A stretch of 64,000 bases of DNA. Source: a virus. Taxonomy: Duplodnaviria > Heunggongvirae > Uroviricota > Caudoviricetes. Below the pieces are notes generated by a model. It saw only the letters and a list, made by a program, of their open reading frames with translations. It was not told where the DNA came from and ran no database searches. Shown in pieces: positions 37,847 to 47,991 of this stretch. How positions within the stretch are numbered: position 1 is the stretch's first letter; each line of letters opens with the position of its first letter. Made by a program: the position numbers and the translations under genes. The stretch lies in IMG/VR virus record IMGVR_UViG_2667527592_000002; one strand, given 5' to 3'.

Positions 37847-38597
37847 GGTCCGCCTCATGTTTATCAGCCACCAGCGGCAATAAAGCCTTCGCCATTTCAT
37901 GAACCAACATGGCATCAATGACGCCTAGCGTATGGCCCGGCTTAATCTTTAATGCGGCCTCAAGATAGCCTCTTTCCAGAGTGGTTTTTACGCTTTTCCT
38001 GGGCGCTTGTTGGGAACTATCCGGAAAATCCGGATGGTTCCCAGCCTCATAAGCTACCCGCAACCAGTGCATGAATGTTTCCGCAGACACACAACCGCAG
38101 TCCACATCGATTTTCCCGCGTTGCTGTTCCAGCCATTGCTCAAAATCTAACTTGTAAGCCTTACTTTCAGACTTAACTTTCTGAGACGCTATGCGAGCTG
38201 CTTCATACTGTTCACGAGTGACAACCGATGTAAACGCACTGCGATCAAGGTCACTGATATCGCAAATAATGCCATCAATGGAATAATTCTTTGATGATTG
38301 GTAATTTTTATGGCGCGTACCAAAAAGAACCGTAGCGCGACTACTACCTGGCATCGTAATGGATAGATGGCAAAAATCTTTTCCATCAGGCCATCCACGC
38401 CCCTTAGATAATTCCTTCACTAACAAGTCAATCAGTGTCATAGCTTTACCATCCTTGCAAGGCGCTAAAGCTATTTTGGCAAGCTCCAATACTTCATCTG
38501 CTGTGTATCCAGCACCGTGACCATACATTTCGATACGGGAAATAATATCTGAAATACGCTCTTTAGTGATTCTTGTCATAGTTTTATTTCCTTGCAT
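37830..38597 (-). CDS. hypothetical protein
   Basis: 255 aa ORF. Confidence 0.35.
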   Translation of the reverse strand: MQGNKTMTRITKERISDIISRIEMYGHGAGYTADEVLELAKIALAPCKDGKAMTLIDLLVKELSKGRGWPDGKDFCHLSITMPGSSRATVLFGTRHKNYQSSKNYSIDGIICDISDLDRSAFTSVVTREQYEAARIASQKVKSESKAYKLDFEQWLEQQRGKIDVDCGCVSAETFMHWLRVAYEAGNHPDFPDSSQQAPRKSVKTTLERGYLEAALKIKPGHTLGVIDAMLVHEMAKALLPLVADKHEADHANES

Positions 38598-38785
38598 GGT
38601 TCGCCTTTACGGCAAACAGCTACACGGTCATTTCTTACATTAACCACAGTCACCGTTCCGTCATCGCATTGAATAACGATGAAAGAGTGTTCATTCTCTT
38701 TTGTGCAATGTTGCTGTTCCCCTGCTGTAACAGTGAGGGGAATTAATAAAATAATAATTACTGCGAATTTACTAAATGTTGCCAT
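38576..38785 (-). CDS. small secreted protein / putative lipoprotein
   Basis: N-terminal signal-like MATFSKFAVIIILLIPLTVTAG, four Cys. Confidence 0.3.
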   Translation of the reverse strand: MATFSKFAVIIILLIPLTVTAGEQQHCTKENEHSFIVIQCDDGTVTVVNVRNDRVAVCRKGEPCKEIKL

Positions 38786-38809
38786 AGCAATCTTTCTTTC
38801 TGTTTTTCA

Positions 38810-39103
38810 TTATGGTTGAATCCAGTTATCTTCAATAGCAATGCTCAATCTTTGTAACCATTCTGCTAATTTCAGCATTGCTTCTCTTTCGCTTAAACCA
38901 CGAGGAAAATCATCAAGCGATATTGTTGGCTTGAAGTTTCCCAAATTATCCATTTCAACGGTCAGATTTTGCTCCAGCACGGTATTCCTTACGCGGCTAT
39001 TGTGCCGAAGCAAATATACTGAACGTGATTTATTGGTTTTGTGGTCGAACGTATATTCGGTAAGTATCATCTGGCTTCCGCCATGATTATTACCGCGCCA
39101 CAT
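38810..39103 (-). CDS. hypothetical protein
   Basis: 97 aa ORF. Confidence 0.3.
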   Translation of the reverse strand: MWRGNNHGGSQMILTEYTFDHKTNKSRSVYLLRHNSRVRNTVLEQNLTVEMDNLGNFKPTISLDDFPRGLSEREAMLKLAEWLQRLSIAIEDNWIQP

Positions 39104-39410
39104 AATTACTCCGTGTTAATTTTACCTTTATCGCGAACACCTTTACCGGTTTATCGCCGAAGTGCGGGTGTGTGATTATCTTGATTTCATAGCCGTCATA
39201 CGGAACATCAATTCTGCGGCTGGAATCGTCGCGCTTCGGATATCCCTTTGTGATAATCAGGCGGTCATACTTACGGTTAACGAGGCGCTTATTCCAGTAG
39301 TCATTACACAGGCGATACTCTTCCGTTTTCTCCCCGCGAATCATGGCATCGAAGTATTCACCTTTAACGGCAAGTTGCAGGTTAGCCATTACCTCACCTC
39401 CAGTCTCCAT
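39090..39410 (-). CDS. hypothetical protein
   Basis: 106 aa ORF. Confidence 0.3.
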   Translation of the reverse strand: METGGEVMANLQLAVKGEYFDAMIRGEKTEEYRLCNDYWNKRLVNRKYDRLIITKGYPKRDDSSRRIDVPYDGYEIKIITHPHFGDKPVKVFAIKVKLTRSNYVAR

Positions 39411-39649
39411 ACCGCCTGACCAATCCGGCTGGCATGGGTATCTTTGGATACTGTTCCGTCTTTAGCCAGCTCCATAAGAATTTTGCGCAAATCTGCCGAA
39501 CGCCATTCTTCATCAGGAAATTCCTTCTCCATTGCCAACCGCAGATTCCAGGTTGCCATCCTGAATGGATATTCCCCGCCGAGAGCTTTATCTTGCAGGG
39601 CAGCCCGGGAACGCATCACCTGCAAAACCTTCTCTTTTACATCCATCAT
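39389..39649 (-). CDS. hypothetical protein
   Basis: 86 aa ORF. Confidence 0.3.
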   Translation of the reverse strand: MMDVKEKVLQVMRSRAALQDKALGGEYPFRMATWNLRLAMEKEFPDEEWRSADLRKILMELAKDGTVSKDTHASRIGQAVWRLEVR

Positions 39650-40659
39650 TTCGCCTCCTGCGGCGGTTCTGGTAGCGGCATCCAGTGAGTTACTTTCGAT
39701 GCCGGTTCTTCCCCATCGTCAGTAACTGCCCACCATTTGTTTCTCGACCAATCGTAATACCCTTCGAAGGTATTGCACTCAGTCCAGCCGTAAGACTTAC
39801 CCCAACACCAAACATACTGTTTATCGTTCGGCATTCGCTCACTACAGCTTATCCAACTATCCGGAATGACCGGAGAGTTGCCAGTCAGTCTACGCAAAAT
39901 AGCCTTAACAGCCTCAATACGGTCATCATCGCAACTTTCCAGCGTATCTATGCGATCGAGCATGATGATGGCGTTATCAATATCAGGATTGCCGGTCCAC
40001 TCATTACCGCGATTGGATTCGGCAGTCTGGTTGCCGCGTACTGGTTGATTCTCGGCTTTACCCTGTCTGTCGTTGCTGCATGAATGCCCTTCCAGCCAGG
40101 CCAATGCTTGTCGCATGAAATACGCAATATGTTTGCCGTGGTAATCGTCTTCATTGATGTGAAAAGCGATACTGCGGATGTATTCAATTGCGTTTTCAAT
40201 GGCCTCCGGCGTTATCGGCGCTGACATATTTTGATTTTGGAGTGCCAAGACGCGGCTGGCATCCTCAACACCTTTAACGGCATCTGCGCAGTAGTTATAG
40301 CGATTGCATTCCACTAACTTTTGCTTTAGGTTTTCAATTGCTTGCGCGACATCAGCCTGTATTACCGGCGCTGGCGGTGCGGTATAAAACTTCGTCCCCA
40401 ACGGCAACAACTTCATCGCTTTTTCTCCCTTAATGATGCGATAAGTTGATTTCCCGCCAAGGTCTACCGTTCCATCCATAACAAGGCCATATCGCTTCTC
40501 TGAAACTTCACCAATAGGCTCTGCTTCCAGCGATGCCAGTGCGATACGAAACACATTGGCAAGCAGGCTGTCTGAAGATTGGTTATCGTGCGCCGGGTCG
40601 CTCAGGAAACCAGTGATGAATGATTTAATCTCCGCGTTTTCTCTGGTAATAGTGATCAT
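39646..40659 (-). CDS. hypothetical protein with DUF551-like C-terminus
   Basis: C-terminal ...DKQYVWCWG...VTHWMPLPEPP. Confidence 0.4.
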   Translation of the reverse strand: MITITRENAEIKSFITGFLSDPAHDNQSSDSLLANVFRIALASLEAEPIGEVSEKRYGLVMDGTVDLGGKSTYRIIKGEKAMKLLPLGTKFYTAPPAPVIQADVAQAIENLKQKLVECNRYNYCADAVKGVEDASRVLALQNQNMSAPITPEAIENAIEYIRSIAFHINEDDYHGKHIAYFMRQALAWLEGHSCSNDRQGKAENQPVRGNQTAESNRGNEWTGNPDIDNAIIMLDRIDTLESCDDDRIEAVKAILRRLTGNSPVIPDSWISCSERMPNDKQYVWCWGKSYGWTECNTFEGYYDWSRNKWWAVTDDGEEPASKVTHWMPLPEPPQEAK

Positions 40660-40865
40660 TTGTTAATCCTTAAAACTTTATGCCCTGGCGCAAAAGCACG
40701 TGTTTTGTCTTTGCTTATTCGCCACCCGTCTTTACGGGCCTCTTTTGCACAACCAGACCATGACGTACCGATATACTCACCGAAGTCTGGCACTGGATAT
40801 ACACCTTCCGTACACTGGCGGCAGTCACAATAGAGATGCATGGTGTAACTTGCGGCAATAGCCAT
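40656..40865 (-). CDS. hypothetical Cys-rich small protein
   Basis: 69 aa; CDCRQC...C pattern. Confidence 0.3.
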   Translation of the reverse strand: MAIAASYTMHLYCDCRQCTEGVYPVPDFGEYIGTSWSGCAKEARKDGWRISKDKTRAFAPGHKVLRINK

Positions 40866-40866
40866 A

Positions 40867-41058
40867 TCAGTCTCCTTTAGTGCGCAGGTGGTTTTTCCAG
40901 CGGTTTTGCGCCGCGCTGCGCTTATCTTTTACTCCCTCTCTGGCAATTCCAGAATATAAGTACAACACCACACGGCGATTGCTAACTCTCAACCACTGGC
41001 TGGGATAGCAACGTCTGTATACACGGGAAATAAGCATCTTTGCTTTACGGTTTTTCAT
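40867..41058 (-). CDS. small basic protein (paralogue 1)
   Basis: MKNRKAKMLISRVYRR...; 63 aa. Confidence 0.3.
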   Translation of the reverse strand: MKNRKAKMLISRVYRRCYPSQWLRVSNRRVVLYLYSGIAREGVKDKRSAAQNRWKNHLRTKGD

Positions 41059-41231
41059 CTTACTGCGTACCCTTTCTTCCGCCTGTTCTGTGACGCGCTA
41101 GGCTTACGCTTTGCGGCAAAAGCCACCTGACCAAATGGATGGAGTACCGCTATCTTATGGTTGCTGATAACCAGCTCCACCACACGCACAGGTCGCTGTA
41201 AAAAAAGTCGTTTTGCTTTACGGTTTTTCAT
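41055..41231 (-). CDS. small basic protein (paralogue 2; 58 aa, below ORF-track cutoff)
   Basis: hand translation MKNRKAKRLFLQRPVRVVELV...; same start context tgctttacggtttttcat; ATGA overlap with paralogue 1. Confidence 0.25.
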   Translation of the reverse strand: MKNRKAKRLFLQRPVRVVELVISNHKIAVLHPFGQVAFAAKRKPSASQNRRKKGYAVR

Positions 41232-41403
41232 CGTTTTGCTCTCCTGCGTTTCTTTGCTGCTCGTCGTGCCGCCGCAATACCTGTATGGCGGCGCTTTGGT
41301 GCCGGGATGATGTTGTCAGCCATCAGGACATGCGGCTTTGTAATTAGCGCAGAAGCCCAAAAACGAGTCGGATACGGTAACAAGCCGATACATGCCACAC
41401 GCA

Positions 41404-41883
41404 TTACTCACCTTCTTTGATGCGAATGCCTGCGGCGCGTGGCACATTAACTTCCACGATGCGCACTGTTGGTTTGTACATCTCAATCGCTGTCAGCCAG
41501 TCAGCGCCGGTCATACGCTTTTCTGCATCGCCATTAGTCCACTTAACCGGTACACCAATAGCCTTCATCGCAATTTCTATTTCCCCGGCAATGGCGCTTT
41601 TCCCGCAACCAGTAAAACCAGATACAACGACAAGAACTTCGCCTTTTGCTGGTTTTATTTCCCGCGCCTCCACCTCTGCAATTCGGCACATAGCATCGAT
41701 ATTTGTGTCTTCCTGGCGTTTAACTTCATCCAATAATGCCAACGCGATATCTGGCGAAAAGTGCTTCATAAAATCGTTAAGCGCATTAATTCGCTGATCG
41801 AAAGGCATTACAGGCGCTTCACCAGCAATTTTTGTTTTTTCAGCAATTTCACGAAGCTTTTGATAGTCAATTTTGTTTGTCAT
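41404..41883 (-). CDS. P-loop protein
   Basis: ...VVVSGFTGCGKSAIAGE... Walker A-like. Confidence 0.35.
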   Translation of the reverse strand: MTNKIDYQKLREIAEKTKIAGEAPVMPFDQRINALNDFMKHFSPDIALALLDEVKRQEDTNIDAMCRIAEVEAREIKPAKGEVLVVVSGFTGCGKSAIAGEIEIAMKAIGVPVKWTNGDAEKRMTGADWLTAIEMYKPTVRIVEVNVPRAAGIRIKEGE

Positions 41884-42758
41884 GCCACTACCTCTTCGAA
41901 TTTCAACTCCAATTGGTCACCCCAGATTTCACATGATTCGGAACACGAACCAGTATCAAACCGCTTGGCCTGCACCATCGCCTGATACAAATTTCTGTAG
42001 TCGCTGTCGGCATACATTCTGGCAATCCCGTCAAGCGTCAGGTGACCACGGTACATAACGTCTTTACCTGTTCTGCGATGACCATCCCTGACGTGTTTGC
42101 CTGTAACCAGTTCATTAAAAACCCGCATCAGACCTGGTTCGTCTTTACATGCAAGCCCCAGCTTTTGCGTTGACTTTTTGATGCAAAAAACACAGTTCCC
42201 GAGGTGCTCCGGGATTTGCAAATCAAAAGGTTGTTTTCGCCACCACCGGATAACATCCGACTTATCAAAATCTGACAGCTCGGCAAGATACCGGACGCCC
42301 GGTTTCGGTTTCAGCCTACGGGGTTCGTCCGCACGAATACCCAGCCATGTGATGTAATTCCCTCGCCCAAAATGGTCATCGCAATATTTCGTGAAAGGGG
42401 TGAGTTTTAGCCTGTCAGTACAGAACGCGCCGCCGATGTATGGCGTACCGTACTTTTTAACCATGTCCATAAACGGTTTAAGCACCGGCATTCGCGTCTG
42501 AATATCCTTTGGTTCCCATTCCGTATAACCATTTGGCTGCCCAAGTTCTGGATTTATATCGACCTGCAACACCGTTAGCGGTACATTCCAGAACTTCACA
42601 ACCTCACGAATAAAGCGATACGTCAGAGGATGTTCACAGCCGGTATCCATAAAAATGAAATGGACGCTAGCGCCAGCTTTTCGCTGTGCTTCCATCAGAT
42701 GAACGAGATAAGCCGATGTTCGTCCACCTGAAAAGCTGACGACTTGATGCATACTCAC
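41880..42758 (-). CDS. pap: PAPS-reductase-like / PP-loop ATP pyrophosphatase family (Pap-like)
   Basis: N-terminal VVSFSGGRTSAYL PP-loop motif; 292 aa; near phd-doc as in P1. Confidence 0.75.
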   Translation of the reverse strand: MSMHQVVSFSGGRTSAYLVHLMEAQRKAGASVHFIFMDTGCEHPLTYRFIREVVKFWNVPLTVLQVDINPELGQPNGYTEWEPKDIQTRMPVLKPFMDMVKKYGTPYIGGAFCTDRLKLTPFTKYCDDHFGRGNYITWLGIRADEPRRLKPKPGVRYLAELSDFDKSDVIRWWRKQPFDLQIPEHLGNCVFCIKKSTQKLGLACKDEPGLMRVFNELVTGKHVRDGHRRTGKDVMYRGHLTLDGIARMYADSDYRNLYQAMVQAKRFDTGSCSESCEIWGDQLELKFEEVVA

Positions 42759-42761
42759 GGT

Positions 42762-43454
42762 TTATTCCTGAACGCGCTTAAACTCGATTACCCATACCCA
42801 CGGGTTAGATAGCCAGTTATCCTGCCCGTAAATACTGCGCCAGATATCACCAAAACCAACGCGATAAACAGCTTCCGGCGGCGTAATTTTGTACATCGCC
42901 GGAGATGCGCCTTCTGCTTTAGCATCTGCCTCGCTCATATCACGCAGCCGTTCCACACGCACGTCGGTAATTTCCAGCAAAATGCGCGATGCCCAGCGCG
43001 GCATGTGAATTGATGGACGCCACCCGCCATCAAATTTTTCATTCACAGTGTGAGGTTTCCAGTCGGCATCATCGGGTATCGACCACAAGCCGTAATCACC
43101 CGGCTTTTGCTCACAACTGGCCCGATAAATCCTTGCTGCGTTCTTCTCATCGCCACGACAAAGGTTGTCGTTCCAGTCCACACTGCAACCATCCTCATTG
43201 CCTAATATCGCCCACGCCTCACGGACCCATATGCGATCACCAACGTTACCGAACGGGCATAAACCATGTTCAGGTGCATCCATAACGTGGGTATAGACAC
43301 CATTGCGTTTCTTGGTCGGTTTACGGATAACCAGGCAGTTATCGGCCCTGACATTTTTTACAGGTCGGCGAGTCTGCGTCTTCCTTCCTTCGAGGATGGC
43401 CCTGACCATCTCATCGTTAAAAATCATCCCGCGTTCTTTCATTTTTTGATCCAC
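42762..43454 (-). CDS. hypothetical protein (ASCH-like N-terminus?)
   Basis: ...MIFNDEMVRAILEGRKTQTRR... Confidence 0.35.
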   Translation of the reverse strand: MDQKMKERGMIFNDEMVRAILEGRKTQTRRPVKNVRADNCLVIRKPTKKRNGVYTHVMDAPEHGLCPFGNVGDRIWVREAWAILGNEDGCSVDWNDNLCRGDEKNAARIYRASCEQKPGDYGLWSIPDDADWKPHTVNEKFDGGWRPSIHMPRWASRILLEITDVRVERLRDMSEADAKAEGASPAMYKITPPEAVYRVGFGDIWRSIYGQDNWLSNPWVWVIEFKRVQE

Positions 43455-43458
43455 CTCA

Positions 43459-44454
43459 TCAGTTATTGAACGTGATCACTCCGCGCTCGATGGCGAAGTC
43501 GAAAAGCTGGTTAGCTGCTACGTAAAGGCGTATGCCATGTGCTTTTTCCCATGCCCGGACATCGTTTTCTGCGCTTCTGGCGCAGTCATCGCAAAGAGGA
43601 ACAGCCCAGCGGTCGTGTTCGTTTAACGAGCGGGCGCGGTACATGAATGGGTGATTAACCTTGCCGCCGCAGCCTACACACGGGCGAGACACCACAAACC
43701 GGAGATAAGCCGGGCTTTTTCCGAGTAAGGTTTTTGGACGGCGCATATATAGGAGGCCAGAATCTTCATCGACGGACAGATTGACGATCTGCTCTGCGGA
43801 AATATCCACCAGCTCGCGGGTACTATGCTCCCAGGTAATATCCGACTCTTTCAGAGTGCCGGTAGGGATTTCAGTTTTTGGCTGACAAAATGCAATGCGA
43901 CCAGCTTCATCAGGCAGTTCGTCTTTAAGATTCCGGCGAATGGCCCAAAAGGTGAGTTCAACCATGCTCAGATCGCGATCTGGCGGAAGTTTTAACTCGC
44001 TGGCAGCCCAGTTCATAATCCAGTTGGCGCGATTCAGTGACAGTTGGTCTTCCAGCTTGCCGTATCCCTTCATCATGTATTCCGCATCATGCTTCCAGCA
44101 CAGGCGAACGGCAGAACCGTTATAGAAATGGGTGGTTAACTGGTGGCTGCAATCGCGCTTATCATGCGCCTGGCAATCGTGAATGTTGGTGCTAACCCAG
44201 TGAACGAGAGAATCCTCACCACCTAACGCGTTAAATACGCGCTCACTTTGAAAAAAGGGTGCCAGTGACTGGTTGGTAACCAGTGAATAATTCAGGTCAA
44301 CGACACCATCAGGGGTGTTTTCAGCCTGTTCACGCGGCAATGGGGATATAAGAAAACGACGTCCTGCGCCGATGTAATTGCTGGTGGGCTTATCTACAGG
44401 AAAGACAGCCACACCAGTTTCATTTACGACATATGGGGTGATTATTGCACTCAT
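43459..44454 (-). CDS. hypothetical protein with C-terminal Cys-rich motif
   Basis: ...RPCVGCGGKVNHPFMY...AVPLCDDCARS... Confidence 0.35.
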   Translation of the reverse strand: MSAIITPYVVNETGVAVFPVDKPTSNYIGAGRRFLISPLPREQAENTPDGVVDLNYSLVTNQSLAPFFQSERVFNALGGEDSLVHWVSTNIHDCQAHDKRDCSHQLTTHFYNGSAVRLCWKHDAEYMMKGYGKLEDQLSLNRANWIMNWAASELKLPPDRDLSMVELTFWAIRRNLKDELPDEAGRIAFCQPKTEIPTGTLKESDITWEHSTRELVDISAEQIVNLSVDEDSGLLYMRRPKTLLGKSPAYLRFVVSRPCVGCGGKVNHPFMYRARSLNEHDRWAVPLCDDCARSAENDVRAWEKAHGIRLYVAANQLFDFAIERGVITFNN

Positions 44455-44494
44455 AATGCATACCGACTCTGTTTTGTTCCGAGTGGTAAAATAA

Positions 44495-44507
44495 TATGTT
44501 AGAAAAC
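44495..44507 (+). promoter_or_regulatory. TGTTAGAAAA-type recurrent motif
   Basis: tatgttagaaaac, with degenerate inverted copy tgttctaacgca at 44517..44528. Confidence 0.4.
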
Positions 44508-44551
44508 TAAAATCAATGTTCTAACGCATTTTGAGTGCGTAAATGATTTGA

Positions 44552-45232
44552 TCAGACTTTAAGCTGCCCTCCCTTCACATGCATTAGCGTCAGATTTCCG
44601 CAAAAAACCGCGCCCGTGTCTATGTAGTGCTGATTCCAGTATGCTTTTGGTCTTCGTACCGGTGTGTGCCCAAAGATAAAGCGATCTGCGCCTGTGATTT
44701 CTCCACCAATGCCATCTATCGAATCACCGACGCGACTGCGCGACCAGACAACATCAAAAAGCGACACATCCTTACCGAACTGGTACTCTCCACCTGGATA
44801 GTCGGCATGGGCTATAACGATAGTTTCATGCCCGGTGTTCAACTCAATGATATAGGGCAGACGTCTTACCAGCTCCACCAGCGCCCTGGCTAATATTTCC
44901 CGATCAGCGTCCAGCATGAAGAACCATTGACCACCATTCATTAGCCAGTTATTCACGTTGCCTGCGGGACTTAACGCATCGATCATTAATCGCTCGTGGT
45001 TTCCCATAACCGACCGAAACCAGGGCATCTGCAATAGCTCCAGGCATTCAACATTTTCGGTGCCGCGATCGATAAGGTCGCCAACCGATATCAGTAAATC
45101 CTGCGCCGGGTCAAAATCCACACGATGGAGTTCGGACATCAGTCTGGTGTAGCAACCATGCAGATCACCAACAACCCATATGTTTCTGTAGCCAGAACCA
45201 TCAATACGGCTATATAAATTCACTTCATGCAT
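44552..45232 (-). CDS. ppp: Ser/Thr protein phosphatase (lambda PPase family; Ppp-like)
   Basis: ...[13 protein letters not shown]..., ...[11 protein letters not shown]..., ...GNHE...; ORF track start 45274, likely true start at internal Met. Confidence 0.85.
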   Translation of the reverse strand: MHEVNLYSRIDGSGYRNIWVVGDLHGCYTRLMSELHRVDFDPAQDLLISVGDLIDRGTENVECLELLQMPWFRSVMGNHERLMIDALSPAGNVNNWLMNGGQWFFMLDADREILARALVELVRRLPYIIELNTGHETIVIAHADYPGGEYQFGKDVSLFDVVWSRSRVGDSIDGIGGEITGADRFIFGHTPVRRPKAYWNQHYIDTGAVFCGNLTLMHVKGGQLKV

Positions 45233-45240
45233 AGCCTGGA

Positions 45241-45552
45241 TCATGCGGCAACCTTCTCCCGCAGCCAGATACAAACTGGACCATCTTCAGTGTCATGGAT
45301 AGAGCCAACAAACCAGCCTTCACCCTCTGGTCGCTCCGGTTCCCAGGCGGCAATATCGGGTCCATCTGCGTCCAGATCAAAATCATCTTCATCCATACTG
45401 CGAATAGTCCACTGAAGATTATTTTCCTTCATCCAGGCGTCAAATTCCTCAGTGGAAATATATTCACGACCTGCGCAAAACTTCTCATACTCCGGATGTG
45501 TCCAGCAGCCATATTCATCACGTTCTACCGGCATTTTTTTAATGATGCTCAC
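45241..45552 (-). CDS. hypothetical protein
   Basis: 103 aa ORF. Confidence 0.3.
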   Translation of the reverse strand: MSIIKKMPVERDEYGCWTHPEYEKFCAGREYISTEEFDAWMKENNLQWTIRSMDEDDFDLDADGPDIAAWEPERPEGEGWFVGSIHDTEDGPVCIWLREKVAA

Positions 45553-45773
45553 TCTTCATCCTCCAAGTCGGCAACGGCCTCCATCACATCAGAACCGCGA
45601 ATAACCTCAAAAGCACGGCAGGCCATTTCAAACACCTGTTGTTCTTGCGGATGCGGTGACTCCCAATACTTAAAACCAGGTCGATGCTCGTAACCCATCA
45701 TGGAATAAAAATCGCCAGCAAGTTCAATCGCGGCATCAACAAGTTCGCGATTTGTCATCGTCTGTTCTGTCAT
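45549..45773 (-). CDS. hypothetical protein
   Basis: 74 aa ORF. Confidence 0.3.
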   Translation of the reverse strand: MTEQTMTNRELVDAAIELAGDFYSMMGYEHRPGFKYWESPHPQEQQVFEMACRAFEVIRGSDVMEAVADLEDEE

Positions 45774-46045
45774 TTGGTTTTCTCCTGTCTGAACATCACT
45801 ATCATCAGGTCGCCTTTTGTCGCTATCCTGGCTGTTGTGCCTGGTTCAATGCGGCTAAGTTCAAATGCGTCATAGAACGCTTCTAATGCCTTCTGGCGTA
45901 GTTCCTGTTTGCGCCGTTTTTTCCACTCTTTTAGGAAAATGGAACCCAGCCATCGCCAGGTACGGGACATGATGTAAAGCCAACCGAAAAGTGCCAGACC
46001 GGTATTTAGGGCCGTATCGATTGTTATCGTGGTGTCGATATTCAC
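45770..46045 (-). CDS. hypothetical membrane protein
   Basis: 91 aa; hydrophobic N-terminal half. Confidence 0.3.
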   Translation of the reverse strand: MNIDTTITIDTALNTGLALFGWLYIMSRTWRWLGSIFLKEWKKRRKQELRQKALEAFYDAFELSRIEPGTTARIATKGDLMIVMFRQEKTK

Positions 46046-46290
46046 TGTGGTGGCTCCTGCTTTTCTGCCTTCAATACCATGCGCGAACCATCATCCAGCT
46101 CCCAATTAATTTCACCGCCTTCAGCCATGACTAGATGCCAAACGAGTTGTGCGGCCTCGTTGGTTACATCACGACCGCGATCATTGCCGACACGACGTTT
46201 TGTTCCATCCCCTAAGTCACGCATTTTTGCCAACACGATGGTTTTTGATAGCGGTGAAAAACCAAGCTGTAGTCGTGCGGTATTACTCAC
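46042..46290 (-). CDS. hypothetical protein
   Basis: 82 aa ORF. Confidence 0.3.
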   Translation of the reverse strand: MSNTARLQLGFSPLSKTIVLAKMRDLGDGTKRRVGNDRGRDVTNEAAQLVWHLVMAEGGEINWELDDGSRMVLKAEKQEPPQ

Positions 46291-47084
46291 TGTTTACCTC
46301 CTTTTCGAAGCTGTTCGGCGATATCTTCGAGAACGCCATCAGAGAATGAGCGGTCAAAATCGCCTTCCCGCGCATTAGCCATAAACTCAGTAGAGGTAAG
46401 AATCATCCGGGCAATATCCGCGGCGTTCTTCGCAGTATCATCAATAAAACCAGCTTCCCAAGCAGCCAGCATCCTGTTCGCCACAAAGTAAGCGCCCTCC
46501 TTGCGTGCTTCAGTCTTCACTTCATCCAGGAAAGTGTCGGTCGCAGGAGTGGTTTTTTGTGGTGATAGGGCGATACGAATTGTTTCAAGAGCTGGATCTA
46601 TTTCCACTGTTGGCACCTTGATAAAACCAAGCTGCACGCCATTCATAATGAACGTGCGGCGATCCTCACATATCGCCTTCAGTCTCGCATTCTCCGCAGC
46701 CAGCGCCGCGCGATTACCCTCCAGCTCTGCAATGCGCTGTTTTGCGGCATCAAGTTCAATCGATAATTTTTCCAACTGCTCTTTATGCTTCTTGTATTCC
46801 TGATATGCGTGCCAAGACTGACCTTTGCGCACACTATCAGTAATATCAGTAATCTGTTCTGGTGTTAGCGTGGTCAGTGGCTGTGCTGGGAAAATCAGCA
46901 CTTTCCCGGAATCCCAATCAAAACCAGCGTGAATTGACTGAACCTCAACTGAGGGTGTTGAACCAATGCTGCCAGGCGAATGAACAACGATCGTTACATC
47001 CATATCGCGACGATGGCTGTGGTTATTGGACAAAATACGATTCACCAACTCAGAAAATTTGGAGAATTTCATGCGGAGCCTCAA
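46287..47084 (-). CDS. coiled-coil protein, paralogue of 47488..47991
   Basis: shared C-terminal block ...FL.E...EAR.EG......R.LAA...GFI......R..DV.RMIL...E..AN... Confidence 0.35.
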   Translation of the reverse strand: MRLRMKFSKFSELVNRILSNNHSHRRDMDVTIVVHSPGSIGSTPSVEVQSIHAGFDWDSGKVLIFPAQPLTTLTPEQITDITDSVRKGQSWHAYQEYKKHKEQLEKLSIELDAAKQRIAELEGNRAALAAENARLKAICEDRRTFIMNGVQLGFIKVPTVEIDPALETIRIALSPQKTTPATDTFLDEVKTEARKEGAYFVANRMLAAWEAGFIDDTAKNAADIARMILTSTEFMANAREGDFDRSFSDGVLEDIAEQLRKGGKQ

Positions 47085-47491
47085 TATGCAAAATAGACAG
47101 TTGCCACACCGTTATAGTGATCAAACGATACGGCGTTTACTTCATAGCTGGCAGGAAGCTTCGAGCCGAGAACGTATCCGGGCCACGTTTTCCATGGAAT
47201 TTCTCTACTCTCACTATCCCCATATACCGTACATCCAAGCGAACCTACAGCCTCGTCAGAACGTTTGCCGCATGTTATGAAACCTATATTTTTCTTGCTG
47301 GCCTTAATGGCGATTGGGTGAACACTGGCTGATGCATTGGCAGCACGCTGTGACTGTTGGTTTGCGATATTCGCAGAGTTCGCAGCAGCTACAGCAGCCG
47401 TGGTCGCGGCGGTAGATGCCACAATAACTGCTGAAGCCTGCGCCTGTTGGGTAATGGTCAGCAATGCCGCCACAAAAATCATCTTCTTCAC
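47081..47491 (-). CDS. secreted protein with signal peptide
   Basis: MKKMIFVAALLTITQQAQA signal-like N-terminus. Confidence 0.35.
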   Translation of the reverse strand: MKKMIFVAALLTITQQAQASAVIVASTAATTAAVAAANSANIANQQSQRAANASASVHPIAIKASKKNIGFITCGKRSDEAVGSLGCTVYGDSESREIPWKTWPGYVLGSKLPASYEVNAVSFDHYNGVATVYFAY

Positions 47492-47991
47492 TTGTCAGCT
47501 CCTTTGCGAATCTGTTCCGCCCATTCTTCAAGGGATTTCTCCGCATATTCACCGGACAGGCCATCAATCGGGTGCGATTCATTAGCCAACTCTTCTTTCG
47601 CTGACAGAATCATGCGCGTAACGTCGAAAACTTCACGTAAAGACTTATTGATAAATCCGTGGTTGAAAGCAGCAGCAAGACGGCTTGCGGTATAGTTAAT
47701 CCCCTCGTTGCGAGCCTCCGCACGAATTTCAGCCAGGAAAGCATCGGTGACTGGCATATTTCCTGTTGCCTTCATGGCCTCCAAAATAACCAGAACGCCA
47801 TCTCTCCCTACCACCTCGCAGATAACCTCGGTGTTGTCGCCAACAACATCGCAGAATGCCTGAACTGCTTTACGAGCAAGTGCATTCTCCGCCGCTAGCG
47901 CAGCACACGCTTTCTCAAGTCGGGAAATTTCCGTTACATACTCAGCGTTACGCTCTGCCAGTTGCGCGGGCGTTAAACCTTCAGACTTCAT
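47488..47991 (-). CDS. coiled-coil protein, paralogue of 46287..47084
   Basis: 167 aa; shared C-terminal domain. Confidence 0.35.
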   Translation of the reverse strand: MKSEGLTPAQLAERNAEYVTEISRLEKACAALAAENALARKAVQAFCDVVGDNTEVICEVVGRDGVLVILEAMKATGNMPVTDAFLAEIRAEARNEGINYTASRLAAAFNHGFINKSLREVFDVTRMILSAKEELANESHPIDGLSGEYAEKSLEEWAEQIRKGADK

